Of a stretch of DNA of 64,000 nucleotides, positions 39,933-47,890 are shown in pieces (the first letter of the stretch is position 1; each line of letters starts with the position of its first letter). A program made the translations under genes and the position numbers. The stretch lies in sequence record SRR22947725_6733; one strand, 5' to 3'. The notes beneath the pieces were generated by a model. It saw nothing but the letters and a program-made list of their open reading frames with translations. It was not told the DNA's origin and ran no database searches.

Positions 39933-42890
39933 ATGAAAAAAAGCTTTTTTTGTGGCGTGACCGCTCTCGTCCTGACATTGGCCTCTTCTTCGCCTCTCTC
40001 AGGAGCTGAGTTGGACAAAAGCCTCATTCATGCCCACTGGTTTTTTGCTGCCCACCGTCAACAGGGGCAAAAGTTAATGCCCATACAGGGCGGACCGAGA
40101 CCTGTCTTCAAAGGTCGGGTCCATTTTCTCATGGATCCAATCCCTCCTCGGGTCGAACTCAGTGGGGGTGGCGAGAGGTTGATTCTTTCTGACGGTCCTG
40201 CTGATGCTAATCTTCCTCAGGGACCTTTTGCCATTGAAACATGGGTACGAATGGACGGGCCTTCAAAGCGGGGCGGGATCATTGGAGCCATACAACATGA
40301 TCCTGATATCGAGGCAGGCTGGATTCTTGGGTATCGTGAGGACCGGTTTTGTTTTGGACTGGCTTCAGAGGCTCAAGCTAAACTGACCTATCTGGAGTCT
40401 CAAGCTTCATTTGTTCCAGGGAAATGGTACCACATCGTTGGAAACTACAGCGGCAGCTCAATGGAGCTTTGGGTTGATGGAGCTCGTGTTGCTCAGTCGC
40501 ACACTCAGCAAGGAAAGGTCCGCTACCCGAAGCACCCTTTTTATGAAATCGGAGCCTTTCATGACAATGACCAGCATTTTTCAATGAAGGGCGCAATTCA
40601 TGAGATCATATTGTTGAACCAAGCAATGCCAGATGAGTGGATTGAATCAAGGTTTCACGCCAAAAAAGATTATTTTCCAGAAGCAGGACCGGATCCGGTC
40701 ATTATGGAAATTCCAAACGGACCATTTGTTGACTGGATAGGGCCAGATAAAGTGAGCATAACCTGGAGCATGGATGTATCCATGCCCAGCCGGATGGACT
40801 TGATGGGACCTGAAGGTGAGTTTCGCCAGTTCAATCGCCCTGACTCGGAACTTGAACATAGCGTTATTTTCGATCAGTTGCAGAAGGATGGGGAATATTC
40901 CTTCCGGATTTACGGTCCTTCTCATGGGGATCGTCCTCAGTTCAGCTCCCTTTATAAATTCGATACTTCTTTTTACTATGCACCCGTTGGTGTGGGAAAC
41001 CCTGAGTTTGGGGCAGGGGCGATGAGCCTGTCGAGTAGGCTTGAGCAAAGTGTCTCAGGTTTGTTGAACTCCACGAGAAGGGAAGCTGGCTTTGCCTTGA
41101 TTCTAGGGGCAGGTGAGAGAGAAAGAGAAATGGCACATGCCTTGGTTCGATTGAGTCGTTTCAAAGTGATTCTGGTTGATCCTGATTCTAAGATGGTTCA
41201 ACAGGCACGCAGTTTTTTGGATGAAGCGGGTGTATATGGTGAAAGAGTTTCGGTCCATCATGGTGAGTATGCTTCTCTGCCGTATGGTGCTTTTTTCGCT
41301 AATCTCGTCATCGTTCACGATCTGGATGCACTCAATCTTGATAAGGATCAATCGGATCTTAGTTGGCTCAAGCGTATGATTCGTCCTGCTGGTGGCACTT
41401 TCTGTGTCGCCCTGTCTCAAGATTTGTCTTCGCCAGTTTTGACTCAGCTCAATCAATCCTTTCAAGAATTTAGTGTCACCATGCGCGAGGAAGCCAATCT
41501 TGGTTGGTTCATGGCAACTCGAGGAGAGTTGGTCGGTGCAGGTCAATGGAGTCATCAATATGGAGGAGCTGATAATTCTTCATGCAGTCAAGATGCCTTG
41601 GTCCATGGAGAATTGGGTGTCTTGTGGTGGGGGGATCCGGGGCCACGTCCCATGCCTGACCGTGGTCCGCGCAACCCTGCGCCCATCTCCGTGAATGGGC
41701 GGTTGTTCATTCAAGGTGATCGAGTTCTATTTGGCTTGGATTCTTACAACGGAACTATTCTGTGGAATTATTTCAGCCCCGAAATGCGACGTGCAAATTT
41801 GCCCAGAGATTGTAGTAACATGGTAGGGACACACGATTACCTTTACATTGCGCAGGGTCGCCATTGTATTGGTGTGGAGGGTGACACTGGGCGACGGTCT
41901 CTGCAGTTCGAAGCGGTGCGACCTGAAGGGTCACCGAAAGTCGATTGGGGATACCTTGCGACAGTGAGCAACACACTGATTGGTAGTAGTGTGAAGTCTG
42001 GATCCCGGTATTTGGGTGATGACGGTCAATGGTTTGAGGAGTTTCATCCGGAGGACGTAAGTCGCGTCACGAGCATGCGCTTATTTGGATTGAACCGGCA
42101 TACTGGCGAGCAGTCCTGGATCTACGAAGGGGGAGCGATCATTAATTCAACCATCACTATCGGTAATCAAGAAATTTACTTTCTGGAGAGTCGGAATCCT
42201 GCAGCGATGGCGGCATTAACCGGAAGGCTTGAACCCGAGATACTCACTGACGTAAGACTGGTATGCCTTGATCTCGAGACTGGTAAACGCCAGTGGGAAC
42301 GCGTGCATGATTTCAGTGATTGTCAATTCACGACCTACATGACTTTCAGCAATGATACACTGATTGTTACAGGAACTGATAAGGATAAACGTTATCACTC
42401 ATTTGCATTTAACACCTCTGCAGCTGCCCCCATTGCAACTGATCAGAACCAGGCACCGTCAGCTGTCGGATCTCTATTGTGGGAAGAGAGCCATGAAGCA
42501 GGAAAAAACCATCATAGCGGACACCTGCAGCATCCAGTTGTGATCGGAGATACCTTTTACTCTGATCAACGAGCTTTTAGTCTGAGGGATGGAAAATTAC
42601 TCAGGACAGATCTACCCGAAAGACGTGGCTGTGGGACCATGTCGGCCGCCTTGAAGAGTATTTTTTACAGACACTATTATCATGGGCAATGGGATCTTGA
42701 GAGCAATAAACGAGTCCAGTTTGAGGGCCTTCGCAGTGGTTGCTGGTTGGGAATGATCCCTGCCGGTGGAGTATTACTTGCGCCTGAAGCCAGCGCAGGT
42801 TGCTCGTGCGCCAATGCCATACAGACTAGTATTGGTTATGTTCCCAAGCATCTTGATCCAAGTGCATTTAGTCTCAAAAACTCCCTCTGA
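39933..42890 (+). CDS. secreted LamG-FN3-like-methyltransferase-fold-PQQ-type propeller protein
   Basis: Signal peptide; LamG (FAIETWV, WYHIVG, LWVDG); FN3-like segment; ILGAGE and LPY..FFANL MTase fold; GLDSYNG.ILW, CLDLETGK.QW repeats; Cys-rich end. Confidence 0.8.
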   Translation: MKKSFFCGVTALVLTLASSSPLSGAELDKSLIHAHWFFAAHRQQGQKLMPIQGGPRPVFKGRVHFLMDPIPPRVELSGGGERLILSDGPADANLPQGPFAIETWVRMDGPSKRGGIIGAIQHDPDIEAGWILGYREDRFCFGLASEAQAKLTYLESQASFVPGKWYHIVGNYSGSSMELWVDGARVAQSHTQQGKVRYPKHPFYEIGAFHDNDQHFSMKGAIHEIILLNQAMPDEWIESRFHAKKDYFPEAGPDPVIMEIPNGPFVDWIGPDKVSITWSMDVSMPSRMDLMGPEGEFRQFNRPDSELEHSVIFDQLQKDGEYSFRIYGPSHGDRPQFSSLYKFDTSFYYAPVGVGNPEFGAGAMSLSSRLEQSVSGLLNSTRREAGFALILGAGEREREMAHALVRLSRFKVILVDPDSKMVQQARSFLDEAGVYGERVSVHHGEYASLPYGAFFANLVIVHDLDALNLDKDQSDLSWLKRMIRPAGGTFCVALSQDLSSPVLTQLNQSFQEFSVTMREEANLGWFMATRGELVGAGQWSHQYGGADNSSCSQDALVHGELGVLWWGDPGPRPMPDRGPRNPAPISVNGRLFIQGDRVLFGLDSYNGTILWNYFSPEMRRANLPRDCSNMVGTHDYLYIAQGRHCIGVEGDTGRRSLQFEAVRPEGSPKVDWGYLATVSNTLIGSSVKSGSRYLGDDGQWFEEFHPEDVSRVTSMRLFGLNRHTGEQSWIYEGGAIINSTITIGNQEIYFLESRNPAAMAALTGRLEPEILTDVRLVCLDLETGKRQWERVHDFSDCQFTTYMTFSNDTLIVTGTDKDKRYHSFAFNTSAAAPIATDQNQAPSAVGSLLWEESHEAGKNHHSGHLQHPVVIGDTFYSDQRAFSLRDGKLLRTDLPERRGCGTMSAALKSIFYRHYYHGQWDLESNKRVQFEGLRSGCWLGMIPAGGVLLAPEASAGCSCANAIQTSIGYVPKHLDPSAFSLKNSL

Positions 42891-42892
42891 TT

Positions 42893-43402
42893 TTGTCCGT
42901 GAACGCGATTTTGCCACCTGATTCCTTTTGCATATCCAGCGCCGAAGGCTGGATAATTCTAGGGAACCCTATCGAGGCAATTGGAGAATTGGAGCAAGTC
43001 AGCAATCCAGTCAAATTAAGGCCCGAATATCTCGAGTTGAAATGGCGGGTATATGCAGATACTCAGGAATGGGATGCTGCGTTGGAGTTGTCGGAGGGAA
43101 TGGTAAGAGACTTACCGGATCATCCCGGAGGTTTTATTCTTCGTTCTTATGCATTGAGGCGATCAAGCAAAGGCTCAGTGGAACAGGCAACAACCTCGCT
43201 GCTAGAGGCTGCTGTCAAATTCCCATCAGAACCCATCATTCCCTATAATCTTGCCTGTTATGCGTGTCAATCGGGTGAACTGGCTCAGGCGAGAAAATTT
43301 CTCCGTCTTGCCCTTGAAATAGGTGATCGCAAAGAGCTACTGAAAATGGCTGGTATGGATAGCGATCTCAAATCACTCTGGAATGAATTGAAATCCCTGT
43401 GA
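42893..43402 (+). CDS. TPR-like protein
   Basis: AEGWI.LG, YNLACYAC..G...AR, D.DL. Confidence 0.75.
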   Translation: MSVNAILPPDSFCISSAEGWIILGNPIEAIGELEQVSNPVKLRPEYLELKWRVYADTQEWDAALELSEGMVRDLPDHPGGFILRSYALRRSSKGSVEQATTSLLEAAVKFPSEPIIPYNLACYACQSGELAQARKFLRLALEIGDRKELLKMAGMDSDLKSLWNELKSL

Positions 43403-43408
43403 ATTTGA

Positions 43409-44842
43409 TCAACGGATCGTGGCTCCCCGGGGTTGTTTTGCCGCAGGGTCATGCTTCTTCATGAAAAGGCTTCTTTCATCAATCAATCCAGCGACTTTTT
43501 CAGGTACCATTGTCTTCCAATTTGAGTTTCCATCCTTGATCATGTCCAATGCATGCTTGCTACTTATTGACAGGCATTTGGAATCAAAGTCTCTCAGTGG
43601 CTGGATGAATTGATTCTCATACAAATACTGATATAGGTGGCGCAGATGGGAATCTACCAGCAGATTGGTAGCCGTAACAAGTGAGCTCGTTGCTGGTTCT
43701 TCCCATGGGTAAACGTAGAGTTTTAAATCGTTCTTAAAGAGTCGTCCAAATGATTCCAGAATACCCCCTGCCAAATCGTCGTAGTATTTTTCATTGAACA
43801 CTTCCTTGAGTGTTGGCACTCCCATAGTGATACCTATCATTTTTTGTGTGTAGCGGAATAAATAAGCCGCTAACCTGTGGAATTCGCCGTAATTTGAAAT
43901 GGCCACAGGATAGCCCAATGCACTCAAGCAATCAACGCGCTCAAGGAAATCCTTTGAATCTATCTTATTGGCATCATTGTTGGTCGTCAGATTCTGGATC
44001 GACATTTCCAGCAAGATCACAATCTCTTCGCTTTCCACTTTTGGCTCCTGAATAAACTCGGCCACAGAGCATTCAAGCATGTCCATGGCCAGACGCGTCA
44101 CAGGCCGAAAACTACCGCGCTGAATCAACACGGATTTTTTGTAAAACAACTCAGAGGGCTCGACCATGGTACCTTGAGGATTGAAGATAGCTGCATTGGC
44201 CAGCCCAGCTTCGACTAGTTTCAGGCTCATCAATCGGTTATCAACATCCTTGAAAGCGGGGCCAGTGAACTCAATCACGTCCACTTCCATATGCCCTTTG
44301 GGGATACTGTCGCCCAATGATTCGATGAGGAATTCCGGTCTGTCATGGTACTCATAAGCTCCGAAGATCAGGTTGATCCCGAAAGCACCGAGGGTTTCCT
44401 GATCCTGAATGTATTCCTTGCCCCAGAGCTGAAGGTGGATCAAGATCTGTGAGGGTTGGGCATTGGGTTCTGTCTGGAATCTGATCCCAAGCCAACCATG
44501 ACCATTGCTGTTACGCTCCACGTTACGCGTTGTTACCGAATCTGCAAAAGCAAAGAAACGAGTTTCAGCCCCACGGGTTGAACCAAGTCGTTCCTGCAGC
44601 AGGCCGTATTCATGTTCCAGCATCGTTTCGACTCGCTGTCGACTGACATAGCGTTTGCTTGCCCCATAAATGGAGTCACTGACCGTCATGTCATAAGCCG
44701 ACATCGTTTTAGCCACTGTCCCTGATGCACTCCCAACTCTGAAAAGCCATCTGGCCACCTCCTGACCTCCACCAATCTCGGCGAGCGTACCGTATTTCCC
44801 TCGATCCAGGTTGATTTCCAATGCCTTTTGGTGTGTATCCAT
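43409..44842 (-). CDS. conserved protein with nucleotidyltransferase-like C-terminal half
   Basis: YGTLAEIGGGQEV, AKTMSAYDM, RGSFRPVT; soluble, no beta-barrel pattern. Confidence 0.7.
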   Translation of the reverse strand: MDTHQKALEINLDRGKYGTLAEIGGGQEVARWLFRVGSASGTVAKTMSAYDMTVSDSIYGASKRYVSRQRVETMLEHEYGLLQERLGSTRGAETRFFAFADSVTTRNVERNSNGHGWLGIRFQTEPNAQPSQILIHLQLWGKEYIQDQETLGAFGINLIFGAYEYHDRPEFLIESLGDSIPKGHMEVDVIEFTGPAFKDVDNRLMSLKLVEAGLANAAIFNPQGTMVEPSELFYKKSVLIQRGSFRPVTRLAMDMLECSVAEFIQEPKVESEEIVILLEMSIQNLTTNNDANKIDSKDFLERVDCLSALGYPVAISNYGEFHRLAAYLFRYTQKMIGITMGVPTLKEVFNEKYYDDLAGGILESFGRLFKNDLKLYVYPWEEPATSSLVTATNLLVDSHLRHLYQYLYENQFIQPLRDFDSKCLSISSKHALDMIKDGNSNWKTMVPEKVAGLIDERSLFMKKHDPAAKQPRGATIR

Positions 44843-44985
44843 TGCCTCGCCCTTCAAATTACCCATCATACGGTCTTTTTTTGTTGCTCATTACGAACAT
44901 GTGCAAACTACCTTCCTTACGTACGTTTTCAACGCCAATTCGGAAAAATAAGCGCCTTTATCTCCGCTGAAAAACAGCCTTACAT

Positions 44986-45025
44986 AAAAAAATCCCTCTG
45001 CTTTAAAAAAGAGAGAGATCTTTTT
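44986..45025 (-). terminator. probable guaA terminator
   Basis: Minus-strand stem atctctct/agagggat followed by T7. Confidence 0.5.
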
Positions 45026-45058
45026 GTTTGTTAATGATTTGAAATCAGAATAATGGCT

Positions 45059-46600
45059 TTACTCCCACTCAATCGTTGCTGGAGGTTTGCTGGAAATATC
45101 GTAGCAAACGCGGTTGGCACCTTTGACTTCGTTGATGATTCGGTTGGAGATTTTCTCGAGCACCTCGTAAGGGAGTTTGACCCAATCTGCGGTCATTCCA
45201 TCTTTGGATTCCACCACCCTGACTGCAATGGTGTATTCATAAGTTCGCTCATCCCCCATGACACCCACACTCTTGACCGGCAGCAGCACTGCAAATGCTT
45301 GCCAAACCTTGTAATACCAGCCTGAGCTTTTCATTTCTTCGAGTACAATCGTGTCCGCCTCTTTGAGAATACGAATGCGCTGACGTGTGACATCTCCCAG
45401 GATTCGGACGCCCAATCCAGGTCCGGGGAATGGATGCCGATAAACCATTGATTTCGGGAGCCCCAGTTCGAGTCCAAGCAATCTCACCTCATCCTTGAAC
45501 AGGCATTTAAGGGGTTCGAGAAGTTCGAATTTCAGGTTTTTAGGTAAGCCTCCCACGTTATGGTGACTCTTGATCAAAGCAGCAGGGTTGCCTGCAATAG
45601 GGACGGATTCAATGATGTCTGGATAAAGAGTCCCCTGTGCAAGAAACTTCGCATTGCCAACTTTCTTTGTGGCCTGCGTAAATGATTCAATGAAAGCCTT
45701 GCCAATGACCTTGCGCTTACGCTCAGGGCTGGTGATGCCTTTCAGTCGCTTGAGGAACATCGTGGTGGCGTTTTCATATCGAAGCTTGAGTTTGAAATTA
45801 TTTTGAAAAACTTCTCTGACGGCATCTGCCTCTCTTGCGCGCAGCAATCCATTGTTGACAAAAATACAAGTCAGTTGGTCTCCAATGGCTCGATGAATCA
45901 ACGCAGCGGCAACACTGGAATCAACTCCACCGCTCAGTCCCAAAATGACTTTTTCATCTCCGACCTGCTTACGGATTTCCTCAACTGCCTGATCCAAGTA
46001 ATTGAGCATAGTCCAGTTGCGTCCGCATTTACAAATATCGTAGACAAAGTTCTTTATTATCACGCTGCCGCGCGGCGTATGGACGACTTCTGGATGAAAT
46101 TGAAGCCCATACCTATGCTTTTTGATATCCGCAACAGCAGCGAAATCGGAGTTTTCAGTGACTGCAACGGTAGTAAACCCTCGTGGTAATTTGGTGAGTT
46201 TGTCGCTGTGCGAATTCCAGACCTGAATGCGTTTGGGGAGTCCGCGGAAAAGCGGGCAAGTTTTGTCTTTGATCTCCAGCGTTCCTTTCCCGTATTCACG
46301 CTTCAGTCCTGGCTCTACACGCCCCTTGAGGGATTCAGCCAGCATTTGCAGACCGTAGCATATGCCCAGTAAAGGCACTTTGAGCTTGAATAATGCTGGG
46401 TCGGGCTTGGGTGCGTCTTCATCAAAGACACTGCTGGGGCCACCTGAAAGGATGATGCCCTTCGGTTTCATCTTCGCAATTTCCGCCGCCGGGGTGTCAT
46501 AGCGGAGGATAGTTGAATAAACCTGACACTCTCGGATGCGTCTTGCGATCACCTGAGTGTATTGCGAACCAAAATCAAGTATGATAATTTGCTCCTTCAT
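45059..46600 (-). CDS. guaA: GMP synthase (glutamine-hydrolysing)
   Basis: LDFGSQY, GICYG, QFHPEV, SGGVDSS, IKSHHNVGG, KPPATIEWE. Confidence 0.99.
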   Translation of the reverse strand: MKEQIIILDFGSQYTQVIARRIRECQVYSTILRYDTPAAEIAKMKPKGIILSGGPSSVFDEDAPKPDPALFKLKVPLLGICYGLQMLAESLKGRVEPGLKREYGKGTLEIKDKTCPLFRGLPKRIQVWNSHSDKLTKLPRGFTTVAVTENSDFAAVADIKKHRYGLQFHPEVVHTPRGSVIIKNFVYDICKCGRNWTMLNYLDQAVEEIRKQVGDEKVILGLSGGVDSSVAAALIHRAIGDQLTCIFVNNGLLRAREADAVREVFQNNFKLKLRYENATTMFLKRLKGITSPERKRKVIGKAFIESFTQATKKVGNAKFLAQGTLYPDIIESVPIAGNPAALIKSHHNVGGLPKNLKFELLEPLKCLFKDEVRLLGLELGLPKSMVYRHPFPGPGLGVRILGDVTRQRIRILKEADTIVLEEMKSSGWYYKVWQAFAVLLPVKSVGVMGDERTYEYTIAVRVVESKDGMTADWVKLPYEVLEKISNRIINEVKGANRVCYDISSKPPATIEWE

Positions 46601-46698
46601 TGGAACGGAAATCGGGTTTTATGAGGGATTTTTACCTTGCTGACTAGTAAAAACTGAAAGAAATTTGATTCCCTTCAATGTAAGATTGAAAGCAAACG

Positions 46699-47136
46699 AT
46701 GAACTGGCTGCTCAGATTAATCGCAACAGGTGGACTTTGGAAACGTCTGACGGGGACCTATCAACAGACGAAATCAGGTATTCGGCAGGCCAAAAGTTTT
46801 GCCCATGGGGTCATGGAGAAACACGTCATCAGTACATTGGAGCAAGCTGAAATGGGAGATCGCGAATCGATTTTTGAAATGGGTGAACGATTTTATGAAG
46901 GCAGGGGTGTCCCTCAAGATTATGCATTAGCAATGGGCTGGTTTCGGCAGGCAGCCGATCTTGGTCACCACAAAGCTCAGACCAATCTTGGTATAATGCT
47001 CTGGATCGGGCGTGGTTGCGACCGGGACCGGGACTCAGCTATCCACTGGATAAAAGAAGCTGCTCGAAAAAATTACGAGCCTGCGCAGGAATTGTTACTT
47101 GAGATCCGCAGGAAGAATGGAGCGTCTCAACGTTGA
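46699..47136 (+). CDS. Sel1-repeat protein
   Basis: G.GVPQDY..A..WFRQAAD.GH..AQ.NLG repeats. Confidence 0.88.
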   Translation: MNWLLRLIATGGLWKRLTGTYQQTKSGIRQAKSFAHGVMEKHVISTLEQAEMGDRESIFEMGERFYEGRGVPQDYALAMGWFRQAADLGHHKAQTNLGIMLWIGRGCDRDRDSAIHWIKEAARKNYEPAQELLLEIRRKNGASQR

Positions 47137-47206
47137 TCAGAGATCAATCTTTCCGAAGTTATTCTTTCTTCTCGTTTCTGTATCTCGAATCTGACAAATT
47201 TCCTTC

Positions 47207-47872
47207 ATGAGACACGGGGATCTTCCATGGAGCACGGAGATTGAAAATGCTTCATTGACATTGTGGGAATATCATCGTCTTGAGCACCGCATTGAACCTG
47301 CGGACATGGTGCTCATTCTCGGAAGTCATGATCTCAGGGTAGGGAACAGGGCGGCTGAACTTCATCGTCAGGGAATGGCCCCGCTTTTTCTCTTTACCGG
47401 CGGGTTTGGTAACTGGACGGAGGGAGTCTTTGAGCGCCCGGAAGCTGAGCTCATTTCAGAACGAGCGATCGATCTGGGATTGCCCAGAGAGATTGTCATG
47501 ACCGAGCCCAATGCAACGAATACGGGTGAGAATATCAAGTATTCCAAAGCGTTGCTGGAATCCAAGGGAATGAAAATCAAAAGAGCGATCGCAATTCAAA
47601 AACCTTACATGGAACGCAGGGCTCACGCCTCCCTCACCAAACAATGGCCAGATGTCAAATGGCAGATCACTTCGCCCCAACTCGATTTCAATGCTTACTG
47701 CCAGCGTGGAATCTCCAAGGCATTGGTAACTGAGATCATGGTTGGTGACTTTCAGCGCATTCTTGAATATCCCAAACTTGGATTTCAGACCGAGCAGTTT
47801 GTAGATGATAAGGCGCGTGCGGCCTATGCATTCCTCATCAAAAAAGGTTTCGCCGGACACCTGATGAAATGA
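47207..47872 (+). CDS. YdcF/DUF218 family protein
   Basis: LGSHD, FTGGFG, EA, ATNTGEN, KPYMERRA. Confidence 0.9.
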   Translation: MRHGDLPWSTEIENASLTLWEYHRLEHRIEPADMVLILGSHDLRVGNRAAELHRQGMAPLFLFTGGFGNWTEGVFERPEAELISERAIDLGLPREIVMTEPNATNTGENIKYSKALLESKGMKIKRAIAIQKPYMERRAHASLTKQWPDVKWQITSPQLDFNAYCQRGISKALVTEIMVGDFQRILEYPKLGFQTEQFVDDKARAAYAFLIKKGFAGHLMK

Positions 47873-47890
47873 TGATCTGCTCATGAGGGA

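Noticed and set aside
46601..46698. Purine riboswitch upstream of guaA
   Set aside because: Short divergent gap with no recognisable aptamer consensus.
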